This document shows positions 39,582-48,207 of a stretch of DNA of 64,000 nt, one piece after another (position 1 is the first letter of the stretch; each line of letters begins with the position of its first letter). Under the pieces are notes generated by a model. The model was given only the letters and a program-made list of their open reading frames with translations, was not told where the DNA came from and did no database searches. This DNA is from Gammaproteobacteria bacterium. GTDB lineage: Bacteria > Pseudomonadota > Gammaproteobacteria > Arenicellales > Poriferihabitantaceae. The translations under genes were made by a program, and so were the position numbers. Location of the stretch: the NCBI GenBank assembly GCA_024644945.1, contig JAHEGU010000001.1, positions 89,937 to 153,936 on the forward strand, read 5' to 3'.

Positions 39582-40337
39582 TCAGAGCGCAGCTCGATGG
39601 CCTAACAGGGAGTTTACCAGAGCAGGCAGCGCGACGCCGGCCTGAGCTTGAATAGCAAAGTTGTAACTGCAGGCGAGGTCGGTGGTCTGAGAATTTATCT
39701 CTGCGACAACTGCCCCGGCTTCTCTTGCCAGATCGGCTAGACCGGCAGCTGGGTATACGAGTGACGAGGTACCGATGGACAGGAAGAAATCGCAGTCCCT
39801 GGCAGCTGTCAGAGCGGTGTCCAGCGCGACTTCGGGAATTGTTTCGCCGAACCAGACCACACCCGGCCTGGCAAGGCCGCCGCAAGCAGGACAGGTTGGC
39901 ACAGCCGTATCTTTATCGCATTCTATCTCTAAGCCTTCGATAAAACAGCGATTCACAAAGATATTGCCATGGAACTCGGTGACCTCGGTACTTCCCGCAC
40001 GCTGGTGCAGGCCATCCACGTTTTGCGTAATAAGCGTCAGGCGAGGCACCATCGCCTCGAGTCGGGCCAGCGCCAGGTGTGCGGGATTTGGCTCTGCTTT
40101 CGCAATTAGATTCTGGCGCCAGTGATACCAACGCCATACCAGTTCAGGGTCACGAAGGAACGCATCTGCTGTTGCAAGGTCTTGCGGCCGGTATTGCGAC
40201 CACAGGCCGGTGTGCGCGTCGCGGAATGTCGGCACACCGCTTTCGGCCGAGATGCCGGCCCCGGTCAGCACGCACAAGTGGCGGGCATCTCGAATCGCTT
40301 CGACCATATCGGATGGTATCGCCACATTCGCGGACAT
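39582..40337 (-). CDS. cobB: NAD-dependent protein deacylase, Sir2 family
   Basis: The ORF contains GAGISAESGVPTFRDA, ITQNVDGLH and Zn-ribbon cysteines (CFIEG..C...CPACG). I chose the ATG at 40337 (MSANVAIPSD). The longer ORF to 40475 would overlap the acnA 3' end. Confidence 0.85.
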   Translation of the reverse strand: MSANVAIPSDMVEAIRDARHLCVLTGAGISAESGVPTFRDAHTGLWSQYRPQDLATADAFLRDPELVWRWYHWRQNLIAKAEPNPAHLALARLEAMVPRLTLITQNVDGLHQRAGSTEVTEFHGNIFVNRCFIEGLEIECDKDTAVPTCPACGGLARPGVVWFGETIPEVALDTALTAARDCDFFLSIGTSSLVYPAAGLADLAREAGAVVAEINSQTTDLACSYNFAIQAQAGVALPALVNSLLGHRAAL

Positions 40338-40359
40338 CGCAGCTATCGACAAAACTGTC

Positions 40360-43023
40360 TTATGCAGCGAGCTGCCGCAGCACGTAATGCAGAATGCCGC
40401 CGTGTTCGTAATAGTCTCGCTCTTTGGGCGTATCAATGCGCACGTCGACCTCGAACTCGATCGGTTGCCCGTCATCAGGTGTTGCCGTTACGCTGATGGT
40501 CTTCGCATCAGGATCGGTGTGGCCCGAGATGTCGAATGACTCGTTGCCGGTCAGACCAAGCGACTCGGTATCGTCACCATCCTGAAATTGCAGCGGCAGC
40601 ACCCCCATGCCAATCAGGTTTGAGCGGTGAATGCGCTCGAAGCTCTTGGCAATTACCGCTTTAACACCGAGCAATAAAGTGCCTTTGGCGGCCCAGTCAC
40701 GCGACGACCCAGTGCCATATTCAGTCCCGGCAACAACGACTAGTGGCGTACCTTCTTCCTTGTAGCGCAGCGACGCATCGTAGATCGACATTTGTTCGCC
40801 GCTTGGCTGGTGCCGCGTCCAGCCGCCCTCGGTGCCCGGTGCCAACCTATTACGCAGGCGTATGTTGGCGAACGTGCCTCGCATCATTACCTCGTGATTA
40901 CCGCGCCGGGACCCGTAAGAATTGAAATCAGAGGGCTTGACATTGTTTGCCTGCAGATACTCGGCCGCAGGGCTGTCTGCAGCAATGCTGCCGGCTGGTG
41001 AAATGTGATCAGTTGTTACCGAGTCACCGAGCAAAGCGAGGACGCGGGCACCGTGAATGTCGGACACTGGTGCTGGGTCGAGCGACATACCCTCAAAATA
41101 AGGTGGATTTTTAACGTAGGTCGACGCTTCGTCCCAGGTATATATTTCGCCTTCAGGTGCGCTGATCCGGTTCCAGTTATCGTCGCCCGCAAAGACGCTG
41201 TCGTAACTCGACTTGAACATATCCGAATCGATGTTGGCGCCGATAATTTCGTGAATCTCGGTTTGGCTTGGCCAGATATCTCCCAAATAAACTGGAGTGC
41301 CTTCTTTGTCCACACCAAGCGGCTCGCTCAAGAGATTGACATCTAGATTACCGGCCAGTGCATAAGCCACCACAAGCGGAGGAGACGCAAGGAAGTTCAT
41401 GCGCACCAGCGGGTGTATTCGACCCTCAAAATTTCGGTTGCCGGACAGCACGCTGCACGCGACGATATCGCCCTTCCGAACGGCCTCCGCGATTTCCGGC
41501 TTTAACGGCCCCGAATTGCCAATACAGGTCGTGCAGCCATAGCCCACCGTAAAAAAGCCGAGCGCGTCGAGATCATCGATCAAGCCCGATTTGCCGAGAT
41601 AATCGGTCACTACTTTAGACCCGGGGGCGAGACTGGTTTTTACCCAGGGTTTCGACTTGAGGCCTTTTTCGTTGGCGTTTCTTGCCAGCAGACCCGCCGC
41701 GACCATGACTGCCGGATTAGAGGTGTTGGTACAACTCGTGATCGCTGCGATCAGCACAGCGCCGTCGCGTATCTCGAGCTCGTCGCCATCGATGTTTGCG
41801 GTTGCGGAGCCACCGTCGTGCCGATCTGCCGTTGCCGTCTTGAGATGTTTCTCATAGGTGATGTCCGCTGCGCTAAGCGAGATGCGGTCTTGCGGACGCT
41901 TGGGTCCTGCGATGCTTGGCTCGACAGTCGCCATGTCGAGTTCCAGCGTGTCGCTGTACAGCGCATCCGGCTGTCCGTCTTTACGCCACATGCCCTGCTC
42001 TTTCGCATAGGCTTCAATGAGTTTGATGTGGTCGGCATCACGGCCGGACAGTTCGAGGTACTTCGTGGTTTCGCTGTCGATCGGAAAGATAGCGCAGGTC
42101 GAACCGAACTCGGGTGACATGTTGCCGAGTGTGGCCCGGTCGGCCAGCGGCAGTTGCGACAGGCCGTCGCCGAAAAACTCGACGAACTTGCCGACCACAC
42201 CCTTGTTACGCAGCATCTCTGTGACCGTAAGGACCAGATCCGTGGCCGTAGTACCCGCTTTCAGTGCGCCGCTCAGTTTGAAGCCAACAACGTTCGGAAT
42301 CAGCATCGTTATCGGTTGACCAAGCATTGCAGCCTCCGCTTCGATACCGCCGACACCCCATCCCAGCACGCCGAGGCCATTGATCATAGTGGTGTGGCTG
42401 TCTGTCCCGACCAAGGTATCCGGATAGGCTTTTCTGCTGCCACCCTTTTCGATATCAAAAACAACCCTGGACAAATACTCGAGATTGACCTGGTGGACGA
42501 TACCGGTATTTGGCGGCACCACTCGGAAATTCTCTAATGCCGATTGTCCCCAACGCAAAAACGAATAACGCTCCTTGTTGCGCTGGAATTCAATCATGTT
42601 GTTCAGATCGAGCGCGTCTGCGCTGCCATAATGGTCGATTTGCACCGAGTGATCGATCACGAGTTCAGCGGGCGATAAAGGATTGATGCTTGCGGCCGAG
42701 CCACCCAGCTTAACCATAGCGTCGCGCATTGCGGCCAGGTCAACCACTGCCGGCACTCCCGTGAAGTCCTGCAGGATTACGCGACTTGGTGTAAAAGAGA
42801 TTTCGGTATTCGGCTCGGACTCAGGATTCCAGTTGGCTAGCGCGAGAATGTCATCGCGGGTGACGTCGCGGCCATCTTCATGCCGCAATAAATTCTCGAG
42901 CAATAACTTAAGCGAATAGGGCAATCGTTCGACGTGACCCTCAGTGACGGCGTCGAGACGATAGATTTCGAAGCTGTTATTACCGACGTCGAGCGCAGCA
43001 CGCGCGCCAAAGCTGTCATTCAT
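40360..43023 (-). CDS. acnA: Aconitate hydratase A
   Basis: The product is about 887 aa from the ATG at 43023 ([13 protein letters not shown]). It shows typical AcnA/IRP blocks: [66 protein letters not shown]. Confidence 0.95.
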   Translation of the reverse strand: MNDSFGARAALDVGNNSFEIYRLDAVTEGHVERLPYSLKLLLENLLRHEDGRDVTRDDILALANWNPESEPNTEISFTPSRVILQDFTGVPAVVDLAAMRDAMVKLGGSAASINPLSPAELVIDHSVQIDHYGSADALDLNNMIEFQRNKERYSFLRWGQSALENFRVVPPNTGIVHQVNLEYLSRVVFDIEKGGSRKAYPDTLVGTDSHTTMINGLGVLGWGVGGIEAEAAMLGQPITMLIPNVVGFKLSGALKAGTTATDLVLTVTEMLRNKGVVGKFVEFFGDGLSQLPLADRATLGNMSPEFGSTCAIFPIDSETTKYLELSGRDADHIKLIEAYAKEQGMWRKDGQPDALYSDTLELDMATVEPSIAGPKRPQDRISLSAADITYEKHLKTATADRHDGGSATANIDGDELEIRDGAVLIAAITSCTNTSNPAVMVAAGLLARNANEKGLKSKPWVKTSLAPGSKVVTDYLGKSGLIDDLDALGFFTVGYGCTTCIGNSGPLKPEIAEAVRKGDIVACSVLSGNRNFEGRIHPLVRMNFLASPPLVVAYALAGNLDVNLLSEPLGVDKEGTPVYLGDIWPSQTEIHEIIGANIDSDMFKSSYDSVFAGDDNWNRISAPEGEIYTWDEASTYVKNPPYFEGMSLDPAPVSDIHGARVLALLGDSVTTDHISPAGSIAADSPAAEYLQANNVKPSDFNSYGSRRGNHEVMMRGTFANIRLRNRLAPGTEGGWTRHQPSGEQMSIYDASLRYKEEGTPLVVVAGTEYGTGSSRDWAAKGTLLLGVKAVIAKSFERIHRSNLIGMGVLPLQFQDGDDTESLGLTGNESFDISGHTDPDAKTISVTATPDDGQPIEFEVDVRIDTPKERDYYEHGGILHYVLRQLAA

Positions 43024-43089
43024 TATGAATCTCCAGGATGGTTGATTTTCGTTGCGGTCAGCCGACCGCAAAGCGGATAAATTATAGCC

Positions 43090-43109
43090 GATCACTCCGA
43101 CCTCTTTGG
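43090..43109 (-). repeat. Family B repeat unit (reverse orientation) in the acnA upstream region
   Basis: The plus strand reads gatcactccgacctctttgg. The reverse complement is ccaaagaggtcggagtgatc. Confidence 0.5.
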
Positions 43110-43135
43110 CCCCAAATATTTAATTTTAAATTCAG

Positions 43136-43160
43136 CACAAACCGGGGCAGATCACTATTG
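43136..43160 (+). repeat. Family A intergenic repeat
   Basis: The sequence is cacaaaccggggcagatcactattg. Confidence 0.45.
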
Positions 43161-43235
43161 TGCACGAGAGAACAAACAGTTTTCACTGATGCCCGCAGAA
43201 CGAAGGCGCGCCAGCAAGTTAAACTGAGTGTCTAG

Positions 43236-43403
43236 CCACGAACAAACTCCTTCTTTGAAGTTAGCATGGCATTATGTGTTGAAGCATATTGCCGGCGAGT
43301 AGGCGGCACCCAGGGAGCAAAGCTTGAAGATCAGGTTCTGGTGACAGGTAATGGTGTGGGAATATTGACGCAGTGCCCGTTCGAGAAATCATTAATGTCT
43401 TGA
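43236..43403 (+). pseudogene. Remnant of the C-terminal ~55 aa of an M24-family (creatinase/Xaa-Pro peptidase-like) protein
   Basis: The translation is PRTNSFFEVSMALCVEAYCRRVGGTQGAKLEDQVLVTGNGVGILTQCPFEKSLMS*. It matches the usual M24 tail pattern (GM.l.vE.y......G.klEdqvlvT..G.e.Lt..Pfe). No upstream coding sequence is left. Confidence 0.45.
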
Positions 43404-43440
43404 GTAAAAACTGTGGCGAGAGATATATTCAACAGAATTT

Positions 43441-44655
43441 TTAGACCCTCTTCTCTGTAAGCATTCTCCGCAATACAATAGGTGAGACCATGCTGGTTGC
43501 CAATGAGACCAGAACCATTCCTGCAAACACCTCAGGTGAAACGATATCTTCGTCTATCGCTCTGCACTCATAGATCACCACCAATGCTATCTCGGCACGT
43601 GGAATCATGCTGACTCCGAGATTAAGAGCATCACGGCCACCCATGGACAACATCGCAGGCACTGCAGTGAATACAAGCTTTGACAATGCAGCGGCAATGA
43701 ACATCACAAGACCCACATCAATAGCACTGATCAATACTGACAAATCCGTTTGCATCCCGATATGTATGAAAAAAAAGGGCGTCAAGAACTCATAAAAGTA
43801 TGAGAAGCTCGCGTCAGACCGCACTGCCTCTGGATCCCGACTAAAGGCCAGTCCCGCAAACAGAGCACCAATAGCTATCGAAAAACCAAGATAATCGGCT
43901 ATTGCAGCAATTACCAGACCGGCTCCTAGAATTGAAATTGTTAGTGATGCAGAGGTATCGCTCTTCCGACGATTAAACTCAGTGAACCTGGCTTCCAGAA
44001 AATGGGCAAACAGGTAGCAACCAAACATGAACACTGCCAACTTGCTCAAAACGCCAATTAAAGATGTTCCAATTTGAAGCCAAGATACAGATTCACCTAT
44101 TAAAAGCAGTGGCAACGCGCCTAAAAGTACTGCGAGCAAAACAGCGGCGGACAGGTCATCTAACTCCGCGACATCGAGTAACATTTCACCCACGTCCGAG
44201 TTTGCGAGCCCCAGCTCGTCCCATACCCCCATGGAAACCGCAATGCTCGTGGCGCTGAAAGCAGTTCCTATCGTAAGGCTTGTCTCTAGAGACCAATGAA
44301 GGCCATAACGCGCCAAAGCATAGCCGATTGCAAAAGTGCCCACAACATTGCCTACCCATATGATACTTGCACTAGGCAGTTTCCTGAGAAGAGTGCTGGT
44401 GTGACTTCTCAAGCCAACGCGAAAGAGCAGGGCCACAATTCCGAGTTGCGCCAGGGCCGAGAATGCCCCATTGAATACTGGTGTTGTTAAGGCGTCAAAG
44501 GGTCTTAGCGCAGCCCCCATGACGAGACCCATCACGATGTATCCGACCGACACCGGCATACCGAGTCGACGACAAACGCTTTTTGTGAGTGGGCCAAGTA
44601 TCAAAACCGCACCAAGTGCGATAAGGAGCAACCCGTTACCCGAATCAAATTCCAT
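43441..44655 (-). CDS. CPA2-type cation:proton antiporter (Kef/NapA-like membrane domain only)
   Basis: The 404-aa polytopic ORF has Na_H_exchanger-like segments (GMPVSVGYIVMGLVMG, GLRSHTSTLL, AALFAGLAFS). Confidence 0.75.
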   Translation of the reverse strand: MEFDSGNGLLLIALGAVLILGPLTKSVCRRLGMPVSVGYIVMGLVMGAALRPFDALTTPVFNGAFSALAQLGIVALLFRVGLRSHTSTLLRKLPSASIIWVGNVVGTFAIGYALARYGLHWSLETSLTIGTAFSATSIAVSMGVWDELGLANSDVGEMLLDVAELDDLSAAVLLAVLLGALPLLLIGESVSWLQIGTSLIGVLSKLAVFMFGCYLFAHFLEARFTEFNRRKSDTSASLTISILGAGLVIAAIADYLGFSIAIGALFAGLAFSRDPEAVRSDASFSYFYEFLTPFFFIHIGMQTDLSVLISAIDVGLVMFIAAALSKLVFTAVPAMLSMGGRDALNLGVSMIPRAEIALVVIYECRAIDEDIVSPEVFAGMVLVSLATSMVSPIVLRRMLTEKRV

Positions 44656-44873
44656 TAATAGCTTAGGTGGGAGCAGATGCCGAAATTGTACCTACTTCGT
44701 CGGTCAGAAGCAGGAGTAGTTGCGGTGTGGATTAGGAAAACCGCATCAGTACTATTTAATATCAAACAATTTAGCAGGTCTAGCAACAAGTAATCCTTAA
44801 TGGGATAACTTGATCCACCCCGATTGACTCAAGTCTCATCCCCGTGTAACTGTTAATTATTGTTGCTGCCAAA

Positions 44874-45040
44874 ATGCGCCAGAAAATTGAGGTGTTTCAG
44901 TCGATGTGGGCGATGGAACACCGACGGCCGGACGGATTCGACTGGCCCTTGATCAGAAATTCGAATTGATAGCGGAGGCAGGCTATGCGGGTGCGGTCCT
45001 CGATATTGCGGCCAACGACTTCGACGACGCTAGGGCATGA
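44874..45040 (+). pseudogene. Remnant of the N-terminal ~55 aa of a xylose-isomerase-like TIM-barrel (sugar phosphate isomerase/epimerase) gene, frameshifted and truncated
   Basis: Frame 1 reads MRQKIEVFQSMWAMEHRRPDGFDWP.. and then stops. The adjacent frame continues LDQKFELIAEAGYAGAVLDIAANDFDDARA*. Together these resemble the N-terminus of that family, by recollection. Confidence 0.35.
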
Positions 45041-45091
45041 ACTCATCGCGACATGTGTTCTAATGAAGGAGCTACGAACAATCAGAACTGA

Positions 45092-46285
45092 GTGGTGAAC
45101 GGATTCTTCAGAACCAAATTGATAACGTTTGTTGGAAAGTTGGCCCTGGCGGGTGCACTAGTTTCTGCCCTACATATCAATGCTTTCGGACAAAACCTTG
45201 AAGCCGCGAAGTTTCCACAGCCGATCGCGGATTTTTCTCTGTACAAGGAGCAAGTGTTCGGTTACCTGTCGCGCCGCAGCTTGCCCCAGCGCACGCCAAA
45301 CCAGGTGCGTCTTAATCTGCCGTTTGAACTACCCGCTGATAAATCACAGCCGTATCGTGGCAAGTTCCTTTTAATCCACGGGCTGAATGATTCACCTTTC
45401 GTGTGGCACGATATTGCATCCAGGTTGTCCGCCAAGGGATACGATGTGCGCGCGATATTATTGCCTGGGCATGGGACCACTCCTGTTGACATGCTTGACG
45501 TGTCGTATCGAGAATGGCTCGATATCTCGCGCAAACACCTCACGCTATGGCGCACGGACGACACACCTTTTTATATCGGTGGATTTTCTCTCGGCGGCGT
45601 ACTGGCAACGGTGCTGGCCCTGGAAAATGAAGAGATTATGGGGCTACTGCTATTCTCTCCGGCATACAACAGCAAACTGAACAGCTATCTGCGCTGGTCG
45701 TGGCTGTACGCCAAGTTCAAGCCATGGATGTTTGGTGGCATGATCCTGGAGGACAATCCGATCAAGTACAACTCTATTCCGATAAATTCCGGGACCCAGT
45801 TCTATCGCGCAACGCGTTACCTGAAGAAGCGATGGAAAAGTCGAAAGCTGACCATGCCGGTGTTAATGGTGTTAAGCGAAGATGATTCGGTCGTCGACGT
45901 GGAATTTTCCCGGAAGCTGTTTAATCAGCGATTTACTTCGGGCAGTAAACAACTATTGATTTATAGTGCGAACGAGAAGATTTCTCCAAAGGCGGATGAG
46001 CTCATTCGTAACAGTCGGTTTGCAGATCGTCGTATTCTGAATCAGTCACACTTGAGCTTGTTGAACGCGCCGGACAATCCGTTATTTGGGGAGTCGCGGC
46101 GTATTCTGGTTTGCAATGGTAATGAATTCCCTATCTTCATGGCCTGTATGAGGAGTCGCACGCATTGGTATGGCGCCCAGCATACGCCCTCACCCGACGG
46201 CATTCCGGTCGCACGCACCACTTATAATCCCGATTTCGAGTTTGTGATGCGTTCGTTTGAGCAAGTATTTGAGAAAAAACTGTGA
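45092..46285 (+). CDS. Alpha/beta hydrolase (lysophospholipase/esterase-like), secreted
   Basis: The 397-aa ORF has a signal peptide. It contains an HGLNDSP oxyanion region, the nucleophile elbow GFSLGG, and a distal SEDDSVVD. Confidence 0.75.
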   Translation: MVNGFFRTKLITFVGKLALAGALVSALHINAFGQNLEAAKFPQPIADFSLYKEQVFGYLSRRSLPQRTPNQVRLNLPFELPADKSQPYRGKFLLIHGLNDSPFVWHDIASRLSAKGYDVRAILLPGHGTTPVDMLDVSYREWLDISRKHLTLWRTDDTPFYIGGFSLGGVLATVLALENEEIMGLLLFSPAYNSKLNSYLRWSWLYAKFKPWMFGGMILEDNPIKYNSIPINSGTQFYRATRYLKKRWKSRKLTMPVLMVLSEDDSVVDVEFSRKLFNQRFTSGSKQLLIYSANEKISPKADELIRNSRFADRRILNQSHLSLLNAPDNPLFGESRRILVCNGNEFPIFMACMRSRTHWYGAQHTPSPDGIPVARTTYNPDFEFVMRSFEQVFEKKL

Positions 46286-46540
46286 CGGCGAGCAGAGGAT
46301 TAAAGTTAGTCTCCGACCGGTAAGAAAGCGCTAAAGAAATGAACCCCTAACTCAGATCCAGTTCTGCATTTATGCAAGACAACAATCAGAACCAATCAAC
46401 AGTATGGTCGCCACAGCCGGTGCTCGCGTTGCAAATTAGAGTAACACGGCGCAGATAATTCACGAAGGGGTCTTCTTTACTCCCCTTTTTACCTTAGCCG
46501 CTGTACTGCGTTTTAATCAGGCATAACGGTTAGACAAACT

Positions 46541-47410
46541 CTATGACTCCGCACCTTTAAGGAACTTATCGATCTCTGGGGTACGGTATCCGTCGTTGCG
46601 CCAGATCACGGGAAAATAGTTCTCGTCGAGAAGATTGTCATCAAGGTGTTTATAGCGGCTGTATATTGTCCCAGTGCCTTGGCTAAGATGCGCTGGGTCA
46701 TAGTGCGCATCGCTGCGCATGCCGTGAAGCACCAAGGATCGACGTGGCCGCGATGATTTATTCTCACCTGATCCATGCCAGGTCCATCCGTGATGGAAAG
46801 AACCACCACCCTTGGGCACCTCGACATAGACGATTTCCGGCTCAACGCCTTCCCTTTTTGCAGCCTGCTCCATGTAGCGTCGATAGTTTTTGGGTCCGTG
46901 GAATTCGCCCTCGGGTGCAGAGTACTGCCATTGATGTGAACCTCTGACGAATTCAATGGTGCCCCCGCTGGCGGCAGTATCATCTAGTGCTATCCAGCAA
47001 CTCAACAATTCAGATGGTGTATACCAGTTTAAATAGGCATTATCCTGGTGATAAAGAATTGAACGCGTGCCGGGTGGCTTCCATACAACGTTGTCGATCA
47101 TAAGGCGCGTGCCAGGCCAGCCTCCCAGGGCGGCAATAGACTCACCCATATCAGAACGCGTGACAACGCTTGCAATAGTTCGGTTCGCTTTCCAACCGTT
47201 ACATATCTGACGGGTTAAAGTCGGGTCACCAGTACCTTGCTGCCAATTGACCTCATCTGGCGTAATACCGGTTTCAAACTCACCGCGAAACAGTTGATCA
47301 AAGCAGTTTCGAAGCTTTTTCACCGTGTCATTACTAATCAGACGTTCGATTACCAGAAAACCATCGTTGTTGAACTGATTAATTTGGGCGTCGGACAGAT
47401 TCTGTATCAT
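46541..47410 (-). CDS. Phytanoyl-CoA dioxygenase (PhyH) family Fe(II)/2OG oxygenase
   Basis: The 289-aa ORF contains FNNDGFLVIERL, ILYHQDNAY (HxD), and GWTWHGSGEN (distal His). Confidence 0.8.
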   Translation of the reverse strand: MIQNLSDAQINQFNNDGFLVIERLISNDTVKKLRNCFDQLFRGEFETGITPDEVNWQQGTGDPTLTRQICNGWKANRTIASVVTRSDMGESIAALGGWPGTRLMIDNVVWKPPGTRSILYHQDNAYLNWYTPSELLSCWIALDDTAASGGTIEFVRGSHQWQYSAPEGEFHGPKNYRRYMEQAAKREGVEPEIVYVEVPKGGGSFHHGWTWHGSGENKSSRPRRSLVLHGMRSDAHYDPAHLSQGTGTIYSRYKHLDDNLLDENYFPVIWRNDGYRTPEIDKFLKGAES

Positions 47411-47684
47411 TTTTCGACAATACTCTTGATTTCACGTTGCATGAATTTTGAATTAGTTAACTGAACGAACACTAGTAATACGGTTTAACCAAATGTGATT
47501 AGTCCAAGTTGTAAAGAAGCTATCAGTTTGAAGCATGCCGATTAGTCAGGAAGATAGCATAAGGAATCTAGCGAATGAGTACTGAGAACAGTAAACTTAA
47601 TTTTGTAGAAATTGTAATCGGGTGAAACAATGGAGACCAGCAGCAAGCGGGCCAAAGTGGCTAACCCACATACACACTTTACTT

Positions 47685-48134
47685 ATGGTCTCCAGCAACA
47701 TTAAAGATCCATTTCGATTAGAGCGGTTTTTGCAGGCTCAAGAAGGTGTCTACAGCGTAGCGCTTTCAGAATTGCGTGCCGGACGCAAACAGTCTCATTG
47801 GATGTGGTTCGTGTTTCCGCAGTTAGCGGGCTTAGGAAGCAGCCCGACTGCATCATATTTCGCCATTAAAAGCATTGCTGAAGCGAAAGCCTATTTGCAT
47901 CATTCTGTACTTGGGTCTCGTTTACGGGAATGCACAAAGTCACTGTTGAGTAATAAGGGTTTATCAGCCTCGGAAGTGTTCGGTTATCCAGATGATCTTA
48001 AGTTTTGTTCCTCAATGACGCTTTTCGATCATGTCTCACCAGACGATCCCCTGTTTGCGGACGCCATTAACAAATACTGCGCAGGGCAGCAAGATGAAAA
48101 GACGCTGGCTATTTTGCATGCGAGCAGGAATTGA
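47685..48134 (+). CDS. DUF1810 family protein
   Basis: The ORF contains DPFRLERFLQAQEGVYSVALSELRAGRKQSHWMWFVFPQLAGLG, characteristic of DUF1810. I chose the ATG at 47685, giving about 149 aa. Confidence 0.75.
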   Translation: MVSSNIKDPFRLERFLQAQEGVYSVALSELRAGRKQSHWMWFVFPQLAGLGSSPTASYFAIKSIAEAKAYLHHSVLGSRLRECTKSLLSNKGLSASEVFGYPDDLKFCSSMTLFDHVSPDDPLFADAINKYCAGQQDEKTLAILHASRN

Positions 48135-48207
48135 GACCCAGAAGATCGCGCTGCATTGCTATAAGTACTGGGAAAAGATAGAAAAGGCTATCCTTTTCCG
48201 CTTGTCT

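Noticed and set aside
40338-40475. An N-terminal extension of the cobB ORF (start at 40475) overlapping the acnA 3' end.
   Set aside because: The Sir2 homology begins after the ATG at 40337. The extension would overlap acnA by 116 nt and has no homology.
43024-43095. An N-terminal extension of acnA ([24 protein letters not shown]).
   Set aside because: AcnA proteins start near [13 protein letters not shown]. The extension also overlaps a family B repeat copy.
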